A stretch of 64,000 bases of DNA, taken from positions 121,396-185,395 of the forward strand of contig JAVJOO010000004.1 of the NCBI GenBank assembly GCA_040216735.1, read 5' to 3'. The notes under the pieces were generated by a model. That model saw only the letters and a program-made list of their open reading frames with translations, did not search any database and had not been told where the DNA came from. This DNA is from Alphaproteobacteria bacterium (GTDB taxonomy: Bacteria; Pseudomonadota; Alphaproteobacteria; SHVP01). Positions 56,718-64,000 of this stretch are shown here, in pieces. Made by a program: the position numbers and the translations under genes. The first letter of the stretch is position 1; every line of letters starts with the position of its first letter.

Positions 56718-58258
56718 TTCCGTCGGCGGGCGATCGTTTCGGCCGGGTTGCGCAGAAGTATTGCCGCAAGAAGGGCGATAACACCCGCGGCAACGACGAC
56801 CAAAAAGCCGTCGATGATTGCCATGCCGAGCGGCTCTGCAGGCATCCCTATTAGGTTCGCCGGCACCGGGCCGCCCAGCCGCGTCGCCAACGAGTGGGTG
56901 ACGACTGTTCCGACCACGGCAACGCCCATCACTTGGCCGGTCGAGCGGAAGTAGGTGACGTTGGCGGTTGCCGCGCCCATCAGGTGTTTCGGCGCCGAGG
57001 CCTGGGCCAGCAACGTGATCAACGGGAAGGTCGAGCCGATACCGAGACCGGCGATCACCATGCTCGCGATCGCATGGGGGAGCGAGGATTGCGGCGTCAT
57101 CAGGGCCAGCATGATGCCGCCGGTGAGCAGCACCGCGCCGGCAACAAACGCCATCGTCTTGTAATTACCGAAGCGTCCGACGATTAAGCCTGTCAACGTC
57201 GCGCCGCCGATGAAACTGAGCATCATCGGTGTAATGGTCGCGCCAGACGATGTTGCGGACATGCCCAGCACGTTCTGCATGAATAGCGGCATGTAGGTCG
57301 CGATGGCCAACATTGCCGCCCCGGCCGTGAGCGCCAGGATCGCATTGCCGATGTACGCACGATCGTTGAACAACGACAGTGGCAGCAACGGCGTTGCAAC
57401 CCGAGTTTCGACCGCGATGAAGGCGGCAAGCAAGACGATCGCGGCGGCAAACAACCCAATCACTTCGGTTGATCCCCAACCGTATTGAGCCTGGCCGCCC
57501 CACACGAGCCCGAGCAGCAGCGCGACGGTGCCCGCGGTGACCAGAACAGCACCGGCAAAGTCGATCCGCCGATGCAACGGCACACCCTGAACGTTACTGC
57601 TCTTGCCGGGGAGCGACGGCATGAATTTCCACAGAGCAGCGAAGGTGGCGAGGCCGACCGGCACCATCGCGAAGAAGATCCAACGCCAACGTGTCGTCTC
57701 GTCGACAAGGCCGTCGATCAACGGGCCGTTATCGGTGAACCAGCCGCCGACCACCGGGCCGACGATGCTGGCGACGCCGAAGGTCGCCCCGAACATGCCT
57801 TGCCAGCGTCCACGCTCCTTTGGCGTGAACAGGTCTCCCAAGGCGATCATCACCAACGTCATTCCCATGCCGCCGCCGATACCTTGGATCGCACGTGCCA
57901 CGATCAGCACATCCATACTATTGGCGAAGCCGCCAAGAAGCGTTCCCGCCATGAAGACGACCACGCCGCCCAATAGAAAGCGCCGCGCGCCGAATTGATC
58001 CGACAACCGCCCGACGATAGGAACGACTGCAGTCATGCCGAGGAAATAGGCCGTCATCACCCAGGTGAAGCGGTCTAGTCCGTGCAATGAAATGATGATC
58101 TTGGGCAGCGCCGTGGACAATACCGTCTGGAACAACGCCTGCAGCAGCATCGTCGCCATCAATGAGCCCACGATCGACAGTACCGCGAGTTTCGACATGC
58201 TCTGTGCCGGAGACGTTTCGAGATAGGGGATCGTTGTCGTGCGGACGGTTTGGTCCAT
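56714..58258 (-). CDS. MFS transporter, DHA2 (EmrB/QacA) 14-TM drug-efflux family
   Basis: 14 predicted TM segments. Motif A-like GRLSDQFGARRF. About 515 aa from MDQTVRTT. Confidence 0.8.
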   Translation of the reverse strand: MDQTVRTTTIPYLETSPAQSMSKLAVLSIVGSLMATMLLQALFQTVLSTALPKIIISLHGLDRFTWVMTAYFLGMTAVVPIVGRLSDQFGARRFLLGGVVVFMAGTLLGGFANSMDVLIVARAIQGIGGGMGMTLVMIALGDLFTPKERGRWQGMFGATFGVASIVGPVVGGWFTDNGPLIDGLVDETTRWRWIFFAMVPVGLATFAALWKFMPSLPGKSSNVQGVPLHRRIDFAGAVLVTAGTVALLLGLVWGGQAQYGWGSTEVIGLFAAAIVLLAAFIAVETRVATPLLPLSLFNDRAYIGNAILALTAGAAMLAIATYMPLFMQNVLGMSATSSGATITPMMLSFIGGATLTGLIVGRFGNYKTMAFVAGAVLLTGGIMLALMTPQSSLPHAIASMVIAGLGIGSTFPLITLLAQASAPKHLMGAATANVTYFRSTGQVMGVAVVGTVVTHSLATRLGGPVPANLIGMPAEPLGMAIIDGFLVVVAAGVIALLAAILLRNPAETIARRRN

Positions 58259-58266
58259 GGTGTTCC

Positions 58267-58887
58267 TTATTCGACGTTCGGGCGCGGTGCGCACCCGCTG
58301 GTCAGGCCATTGAGAATGAGATCGGTAACGGTGCGGCCGATTCGGTCGGGCGGTGTCGGTGCGTCGGTGAGGGTCGCGCCGCGCAACATGCCGAGAATGA
58401 GGGACGGCAGCAGGTCGGAGTCAGCGTCGCGGTAATCGCCGCGCGCGATACCGTCCTCGATGTTGTGTTTGACGACGGCCAGGAGACGTTCGCGGCGACT
58501 CATCATCAGGCGCCGCGCGTCCTCGTCGATTTCGGCTTTGCGCCGAGTCAGCATGCGTAGAAACGACTTGTGGCGTGTGAGGACGTCGGTCGCGACGCCG
58601 ATCAAGGATACGAGGCGCGCCCGCGGCTCGGCGTCTTGTGCTTCGGCCTGCTCTACGCGCGCGCAAAGTTCGGACATGAATGAATCGAAACAGGCCAGGA
58701 TCAAGGCCTGTTTGGACGGAAAATATCGGTAGAGCGTCGCCTTGCCGACGGCGGCGGCGGCGGCGACCTCGTTCATCTGGACCTGCTCAAGGTCGCCTTC
58801 GCGTAACAGGTCGACCGTAGCGTCGACAATCCGGTCGCGCCGTTCGGTCCGCCAGCGCGGTTCGGCGTCGTAAGAAATAGAACTCAT
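58267..58887 (-). CDS. TetR-family transcriptional regulator
   Basis: N-terminal HTH (MNEVAAAAAVGKATLYRYFPSKQALI). Immediately upstream of, and co-oriented with, the DHA2 pump gene. Confidence 0.8.
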   Translation of the reverse strand: MSSISYDAEPRWRTERRDRIVDATVDLLREGDLEQVQMNEVAAAAAVGKATLYRYFPSKQALILACFDSFMSELCARVEQAEAQDAEPRARLVSLIGVATDVLTRHKSFLRMLTRRKAEIDEDARRLMMSRRERLLAVVKHNIEDGIARGDYRDADSDLLPSLILGMLRGATLTDAPTPPDRIGRTVTDLILNGLTSGCAPRPNVE

Positions 58888-59024
58888 GAGTTCTATTTCT
58901 AGGAAGGCACCCGCTTCGTCAACGGGAAACCGTGCGGACTGCCGGAAACCAGCAGAAACGGCTAAGGTCCGGGCATGGTCGCGGCGCGCGGCCGCTCGTT
59001 TGTTCGTCCCGGAGGGAACCCACC

Positions 59025-59948
59025 ATGCACCGCGGCCTCGTGATTGTCCCGTTTCCCCTCGACGACGAGGGGGTTGCCAACCGCAAACTTCAATTGAAGT
59101 CGGTCAAGCTCGGTCCCGATATCGACTTCGATTTCCGTCCCGTGCTGGCAAGTTGCACCAGCTTCATGAGCGACCACGATTGGTTCTTGATGGATGCCGG
59201 TTGCTTGGAAGCGGGCCTCACCGCCCAGGAAGAAGGCTACGACGCAGTGGTGATCGACGCGACGTCGGACTCCGCGGTCCTCGCACTGCGCAGCGTGCTC
59301 GACATCCCGGTAATCGGTCCGGGCCGCACCGCCATGCTGTATGCATTGATGCTCGGATCGCGCTTCGGCATCTTGGCGATGAACGAAGCCGGGTGCCTCA
59401 ATCACCGGCAGTGGGCCGAGCATCGCAATTTGTCGCAGTACCTCGCTGCGGTCGAACCCATCGGCGGCGGCAAGACCGATGTCGCCAAACTGATGACCGG
59501 CAAGGAAGAAGACATGTTCCCGCTGATGAAGGCGGCCGCCGAGCGCGCCATCGCCAAAGGCGCCGATGTCATCCTGCTTGGTTCGACCACGATGCACCAG
59601 GCCGGTACCTGGTTGAACGAGAACCTGCCGGTGCCGGTCGTCAATCCGGGGCCGCTGACCTACAAGATGGTCGAGACCATGCTAAGCCTTGGCCACACCC
59701 ATTCGCGCACCGCCCATCCCCGGCCCCAGGTCGAGAGGCCCGGGATGATTCACGCTATGCTTCGCGCCGCCGCCGCCTTCGAAAAACGCGAAGCGACCGA
59801 CGGTGCGGCGAGCGCCCCGAAAAAGAAGATCGCTGCCAAGACAACGAAGAAAAAGACGAAGGCAGCCAAGGGGAAGCCCGCGGCGGTCAAGAGTCGCGCC
59901 CGGTCCGGTGGGGCCAAGCCCAAGAAAGCGGCGCGCCGCACCAAGTAA
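59025..59948 (+). CDS. Asp/Glu/hydantoin-racemase-family protein with a 50-aa lysine-rich histone-H1-like C-terminal tail
   Basis: Core LVIVPFPLDDEG...VIDATSDSAVLALRSVLDIPVIGPG...ILLGSTTM fits the PF01177-like fold. Tail PKKKIAAKTTKKKTKAAKGKPAAVKSRARSGGAKPKKAARRTK. Start at M32 of the track ORF. Confidence 0.55.
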   Translation: MHRGLVIVPFPLDDEGVANRKLQLKSVKLGPDIDFDFRPVLASCTSFMSDHDWFLMDAGCLEAGLTAQEEGYDAVVIDATSDSAVLALRSVLDIPVIGPGRTAMLYALMLGSRFGILAMNEAGCLNHRQWAEHRNLSQYLAAVEPIGGGKTDVAKLMTGKEEDMFPLMKAAAERAIAKGADVILLGSTTMHQAGTWLNENLPVPVVNPGPLTYKMVETMLSLGHTHSRTAHPRPQVERPGMIHAMLRAAAAFEKREATDGAASAPKKKIAAKTTKKKTKAAKGKPAAVKSRARSGGAKPKKAARRTK

Positions 59949-60646
59949 TGATCCGGCGCGAGCAAAACCACGCGGCAGCGGGCGTTATGCCCGGTAGGCC
60001 GCTGCGGCTTGCGTCAATCGCTGTCGGCCTCGTCCTGTTGGGTCTCGCATTGACGGACCCTGCCGCTGCCCAAGGGCAAAGCGCCCAAACCGTCCAGCGC
60101 GCCGCCGTCCACCAAACGCCCGGCGGCGCGATTGTCGACGGCGTTCCAGGGGGGCGGTCAGTGCAGGTGCTGTCGCGTCAGGGCGCGTGGGCGGAGATCG
60201 CTTACGACAAGGGCGGGATCGCGTTGAAGGGGTGGGTTGAACTCGCGCGCCTCCACCTCGGTGCGGGTGCGGCGGCGCTGCCGCAGCACAAACCTGAGCC
60301 CACGCTGCCCAAGGGTTCCTACGTGACGATCATGACCACCAACTTGGACTGCAAGGAGAAGGCGTTCGGTGACGGTTTTGAATCGTGCGCCGTCCATGTT
60401 CAGGCCACGGTGTCGCTGGATGCGGTGCCGCCCGCACGTCCGACGGTGCGGCTGTCCTGCGGCGCGGAAATTACCACCCATAGCCAGTTCTCGCCTTACA
60501 GCAAGGTGCGCGAAATGACGAGCAAGACGTTCCCACTCAATCGTGTTTTTTCCTTGCATCAGATGACCATCGATTTTCGCTTCCCAGGGCCGGTCACCTC
60601 GGTCGACGGCGAAGAAGTCCGTTGTCTTTTGCAACCCCTGACATAG
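59948..60646 (+). CDS. Secreted protein with a bacterial SH3-like domain and a 4-Cys C-terminal domain
   Basis: Signal peptide (RPLRLASIAVGLVLLGLALTDPAAAQG). SH3_3-like GGRSVQVLSRQGAWAEIAYDKGGIALKGWV. ATG overlaps the TAA stop of the upstream gene (TAATG). The long 586-aa track ORF upstream of this is an artefact. Confidence 0.5.
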   Translation: MIRREQNHAAAGVMPGRPLRLASIAVGLVLLGLALTDPAAAQGQSAQTVQRAAVHQTPGGAIVDGVPGGRSVQVLSRQGAWAEIAYDKGGIALKGWVELARLHLGAGAAALPQHKPEPTLPKGSYVTIMTTNLDCKEKAFGDGFESCAVHVQATVSLDAVPPARPTVRLSCGAEITTHSQFSPYSKVREMTSKTFPLNRVFSLHQMTIDFRFPGPVTSVDGEEVRCLLQPLT

Positions 60647-60659
60647 AAATTAGGCGCCG

Positions 60660-61826
60660 ATGGACTTCACGCTGAGCGACGAACAAAGGGCGATCCAGGA
60701 CGCGGTCGGCAGGATCTGCGCCGGCTTCGATGAAACCTATTGGCTAACGCGCGACCGCGAGGGTGGCTTTCCCGCCGACTTCGCGAAGGCCATGGCCGAC
60801 GACGGGTGGCTCGGCATCGCCATGCCCCAGGCCTACGGCGGGGCCGGGCTCGGCATTACCGAGGCTGCGCTCATGATGCAGACCGTCGCGGGCGGCCCCG
60901 GCGCGTTCGGGGCGGCCTCGTCGATCCACCTGAACATCTTCGGCCTCAACCCGGTTGCGGTCTTCGGCACGGCGGAACAGTGCGCGCGCATGATGCCGCC
61001 CATCATTGGCGGCGAGCATCGCGCCTGTTTCGGCGTGACCGAACCCGACGCGGGCCTCGATACCGGCAGCATTAAAACCAAAGCGGTCCGTAATGGTGAT
61101 ATCTACATCGTGCAGGGCCGCAAGGTCTGGACCTCGACCGCGCAAGAAGCCGATCACATTCTGCTCCTAGCCCGCACTAGTCCGCGCACCGAGGGGGCGC
61201 GCGGTACCGACGGCCTCTCGTTGTTCTATACCGCGCTGGACCGCGACTACGTGACGGTGCGCGAAATCGACAAGATGGGCCGCAAAGCCGTCGATTCGAA
61301 CGAGGTGTTTATCGACGGATTGCCGGTACCGGCCGCGGACCTGATCGGGAAGGAGGGCGACGGGTTCCGCTACCTGCTGCACGGCCTCAACCCCGAACGC
61401 ATCTTAGTGGCCGCCGAGGCCATCGGGATCGGTCGGTATGCCATTCAGCGGGCCGCCAAGTATGCCGGCGAACGGGTCGTATTCGGTCGCCCGATCGGAC
61501 AGAACCAAGCCATCCAACATCCGCTGGCCGAAAGCTGGGCCGAACTCGAGGCCGCCGACCTTCTCATGCTCAAGGCCGCCCAACTCTACGACGCCGGTAA
61601 ACCCTGCGGCGCCGAAGCCAATGCGGCCAAGTACCTTGCCGCCGAGGTCGCCTACCGCGCCTGCGAGCGCGCGGTTCTCTCCCATGGCGGCTATGGTTAT
61701 GCGAAGGAATTCGTCGTCGAGCGCCTCCTGCGGGAAGTGATGATCGCGCGCATCGCGCCGGTGAGCCAACAGCTCATCCTGTGCTACATCGCCGAACGGG
61801 TGCTCGGCCTGCCCAAAAGCTACTGA
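60660..61826 (+). CDS. Acyl-CoA dehydrogenase
   Basis: ACAD N-terminal, middle and C-terminal domains. Catalytic-base region (YAKEFVVERLLREVMIARI) and FAD-binding patterns. Confidence 0.85.
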   Translation: MDFTLSDEQRAIQDAVGRICAGFDETYWLTRDREGGFPADFAKAMADDGWLGIAMPQAYGGAGLGITEAALMMQTVAGGPGAFGAASSIHLNIFGLNPVAVFGTAEQCARMMPPIIGGEHRACFGVTEPDAGLDTGSIKTKAVRNGDIYIVQGRKVWTSTAQEADHILLLARTSPRTEGARGTDGLSLFYTALDRDYVTVREIDKMGRKAVDSNEVFIDGLPVPAADLIGKEGDGFRYLLHGLNPERILVAAEAIGIGRYAIQRAAKYAGERVVFGRPIGQNQAIQHPLAESWAELEAADLLMLKAAQLYDAGKPCGAEANAAKYLAAEVAYRACERAVLSHGGYGYAKEFVVERLLREVMIARIAPVSQQLILCYIAERVLGLPKSY

Positions 61827-62183
61827 CCCTGGAAACGCGAAAGGGCGGCCCATTGGACCGCCCCCGCGTGAATAGGCGTAAACGCCCTTGGACTATCGTC
61901 CGTTCGTCACGACGCCTGCGAAGGTAGTCTCACCGTCGCCGCACCGAACTGGCGTTTGTCGCCACACATTCCGCTAGACAATGGATCACCTCCTTCTGAT
62001 TTGTTGAAGACGCACAAACTCTAGTGCAAATGGAGAAGCGAGGCCAGATATCTTGTGGTTCATGCCCAAAAAATTTGCCCCAGAAAACCGCTCGTCGGGC
62101 GGCCATTCCCGCTAACATCCGCCTTCGTCGGTTGAATTGTCGCTGCATCTAGGGGGTATAGGAAGTTGACCGAAGACCGTCAT

Positions 62184-62549
62184 ATGGCGCCGTTTGAGGC
62201 ACTCTTTCTGCGCGACGACGCGCTGGAGCGGGTGAAGATCGAATCGGTCGAGGGCGTCATGGAGCCCGAGGGCCTCTACCTCAAGGTTCTGATGGTCACC
62301 GACAACATGCTGGTCTTTAAGGCCTGGAAGATGAAGGGCATCACCGACCCGTGGCAAAAGCACGACGACCACGAATCGGTGGCGACATTGCTGGAGGGGA
62401 AACTGCGCATGCACATCGGCGACGAGGTGTTCATGTGCAATCCAGGCGACGTCTGGCGTCATCCGGTCGGGGTCTTGCACATGAGCGAAGCGCTGGAAGA
62501 TTGCGTTCTCATCGAGATCAAGTCGCCGGCCCGAAAGACCTGGACTTAG
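62184..62549 (+). CDS. Cupin-domain protein (paralog of 3418..3807)
   Basis: HDDHESVATLL, GDVWRHPVGVLH and terminal IEIKSPARKTWT are shared with the first cupin. The track ORF starts at TTG 62166. ATG 62184 aligns with the paralog. Confidence 0.6.
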   Translation: MAPFEALFLRDDALERVKIESVEGVMEPEGLYLKVLMVTDNMLVFKAWKMKGITDPWQKHDDHESVATLLEGKLRMHIGDEVFMCNPGDVWRHPVGVLHMSEALEDCVLIEIKSPARKTWT

Positions 62550-62593
62550 GAAGACCCGGACTTAGAAACACCTGGACCTAGAGGAGCGGCAAG

Positions 62594-63346
62594 ATGGGCG
62601 ATGGACTGGCGTGGCGGATGAAGTTTGGGGTGGTGACGCCCTCGACCAATACGATCGTGCAACCGGAATACGACGATTTGCGCCCGCTCGGCGTGACCAA
62701 CCACGTCGGGCGAATGCATATCCCGGACGATCCGGTGACGAACGACGCGGACTTTGAAGAACTCATCCGCCGGATCGATGTCGCGCTGGAAGAAGCCGTC
62801 GACCGCGTCATGACCTGTAAACCCGACCATATGATCCTGGGGATCTCGGCTGAAAGTATCTGGGGCGGCGGTCTCGAAGCGGCGGAATTGGTCAAGGCGC
62901 GGATGAGCAAGCGCTCCGGCGGTCTCGGCGTCACCCTTGCGGCCGATGCCTTGCCGGCGGCACTCAAGGCCCACGGCGTGGCCGGTAAGGTGGGGTTGCT
63001 CACGCCCTATATGCCGACCGCCGAACAGCACATCCAAAAATTCATGGACGATATCGGCTATGCGGTCAGTGGCATGGTGCATCTGGAGTGCGGCGGGCCG
63101 GTCGTCATCGCCCACACGCCGCGCAGCGCGTTGCGTGATGGGCTGCAGGCCCTGGTCGACGGCGGGGCAGATGCCATCGTTCAATTCGGCGCCAATCTGC
63201 CCATGGGCAAATTTGCCGCCGTTGCCGAACAATGGTTCGACCGACCGGTTATTTGTGTCAATGTCGCCACCTACTGGCACGCGCTACGATCCAACGGCAT
63301 TACCGACCGTGTGGGTGGCTATGGCGCGTTGATGGAACGGTACTGA
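62594..63346 (+). CDS. Asp/Glu/hydantoin-racemase-family enzyme (maleate cis-trans isomerase / arylmalonate decarboxylase-like)
   Basis: FGVVTPSTNTIVQPEYDD resembles the maleate isomerase N-terminus. Two Cys-containing active-site-like regions (LECGGP, ICVNVAT). Confidence 0.6.
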   Translation: MGDGLAWRMKFGVVTPSTNTIVQPEYDDLRPLGVTNHVGRMHIPDDPVTNDADFEELIRRIDVALEEAVDRVMTCKPDHMILGISAESIWGGGLEAAELVKARMSKRSGGLGVTLAADALPAALKAHGVAGKVGLLTPYMPTAEQHIQKFMDDIGYAVSGMVHLECGGPVVIAHTPRSALRDGLQALVDGGADAIVQFGANLPMGKFAAVAEQWFDRPVICVNVATYWHALRSNGITDRVGGYGALMERY

Positions 63347-63353
63347 AGACCCG

Positions 63354-64000
63354 ATGAAGCCCCTTGTGACCGCTCTTGCGGCGATGACCGTCGCGTGCCC
63401 CGAACCCGCACGCTTTGCCCGCTTCCTCACCGATGTGTGGGGTTGGGAGCAACTGGCTGATGGACCGATCGATGCCGATCTCGAGGCGACCTGGGGCGTC
63501 GCCGCCGGGAGTGCCGGCGATCGCTTCACGGTCTTGCGTTCGCCCGGCGCGAACCGGGGGATGCTCCGGCTTGTTACCGGACCGGCGCGCCAGCGGACGC
63601 GCCAACGCGCGGCCCATTGGGGAGGTTTCGAGATCGTCGTATCGCGGGATATCGACGACCTCTATGCAGCCATGCTGGACGATCCTGTGTCCGCTCCCAT
63701 CGCCCCGCCGCAGGATTTCGATTTCACTGCCGTCAAGAGCAACATCCACAGGGCATTTAGCGCGCACCTGCCTGGCGGTACCCATGTCACCATGACGATG
63801 GCCGTGACCCAACCCGAGGGCCGAACCTTTCCCGAGACCGACGCCCAGGTCGGTTACATTTTCGAATCGCCCGTAAACACTCCGGACTACCCGCGGTGCC
63901 GCCGGTTCTACGGCGAGACGCTGGGCATGATCCCGCTCCTCGAATCGCAATCGACCGACGGCCCGATGCACGCAGCGTGGAACATTCCACCCGGGCCGCT
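63354..64000 (+). CDS. VOC-family protein (glyoxalase / extradiol dioxygenase-like), 3'-truncated by the window edge
   Basis: ATG at about 63354, open to the window end. Not in the track because it is incomplete. GC3-rich codon usage. FARFLTDVWGWE...GGFEIVVSRDIDDLY is a VOC-like pattern. The antisense 63300..63971 ORF is an artefact. Confidence 0.5.
   Translation, partial: MKPLVTALAAMTVACPEPARFARFLTDVWGWEQLADGPIDADLEATWGVAAGSAGDRFTVLRSPGANRGMLRLVTGPARQRTRQRAAHWGGFEIVVSRDIDDLYAAMLDDPVSAPIAPPQDFDFTAVKSNIHRAFSAHLPGGTHVTMTMAVTQPEGRTFPETDAQVGYIFESPVNTPDYPRCRRFYGETLGMIPLLESQSTDGPMHAAWNIPPGP

Noticed and set aside
58886-59947. N-terminal two-thirds of the 586-aa track ORF 58886..60646
   Set aside because: It is out of frame with the clearly homologous racemase-fold gene 59025..59948, and has an Arg-rich composition typical of a GC artefact. 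Only the C-terminal 232 aa (the SH3 protein from 59948) are kept.
61985-62000. 16S rRNA 3'-end-like GGATCACCTCCTT as an rRNA fragment
   Set aside because: It is only a 13-nt match with no flanking rRNA-like sequence, so it is most likely coincidental.
61930-62148. Minus-strand 72-aa ORF preceded by a perfect AAGGAGGTGATCC
   Set aside because: Low GC, no third-position GC bias and no homology. The Shine-Dalgarno-like sequence is followed immediately by a stop in frame with the nearest ATT/GTG. It is more likely promoter or UTR sequence.
63300-63971. Minus-strand 223-aa ORF at the window end
   Set aside because: It is antisense to the better-supported partial VOC gene on the plus strand, and shows no motifs.
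1-64000. CRISPR arrays, tRNA/rRNA genes, transposases, integrases or phage genes
   Set aside because: No regularly spaced direct repeats, no cloverleaf-like tRNA candidates in intergenic regions, and no mobile-element protein signatures were seen. The region appears to be core chromosome.

Overview
This 64-kb window is high-GC (about 65%) and looks like chromosomal DNA, most likely alphaproteobacterial. It is densely packed with metabolic, transport and regulatory genes. I found no rRNA or tRNA genes, no CRISPR array, and no transposase, integrase or phage genes. The identifiable content includes a modABC molybdate transporter, hisI, a sulfur-metabolism cluster (metC, a GDCCVxC zinc-ribbon gene, sseA, alaX–cysK, two rhodaneses, hspQ), tandem FAD flavoproteins with a D-aminoacylase, two family-5 ABC substrate-binding proteins, an orphan amtB, the preT–preA dihydropyrimidine dehydrogenase operon, a Liv-type ABC operon that ends in an acyl-CoA ligase, several CoA-metabolism enzymes, and TetR, LysR and YafY regulators. 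What stands out is how many gene families occur here as diverged paralogs. There are three APH-fold phosphotransferases, two of them paired with MFS transporters. There are two long class-I SAM methyltransferases with a conserved N-terminal extension. Three cupins are present, two sharing an identical C-terminal 'IEIKSPARKTWT'. There are three to four VOC/glyoxalase genes, two Asp/Glu/hydantoin-racemase-family enzymes and two FAD flavoproteins. The most novel candidates are the kinase–MFS cassette locus at 32.5–40.7 kb, a 35-aa Lys/Ala/Pro-repeat peptide gene divergent from a LysR regulator, and a racemase-family enzyme with a histone-H1-like tail. Many long opposite-strand or out-of-frame ORFs in the six-frame track are GC-driven artefacts. 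Coordinates derived from the ORF track may be off by one or two bases, and start codons are my best choice among in-frame ATG/GTG/TTG candidates.
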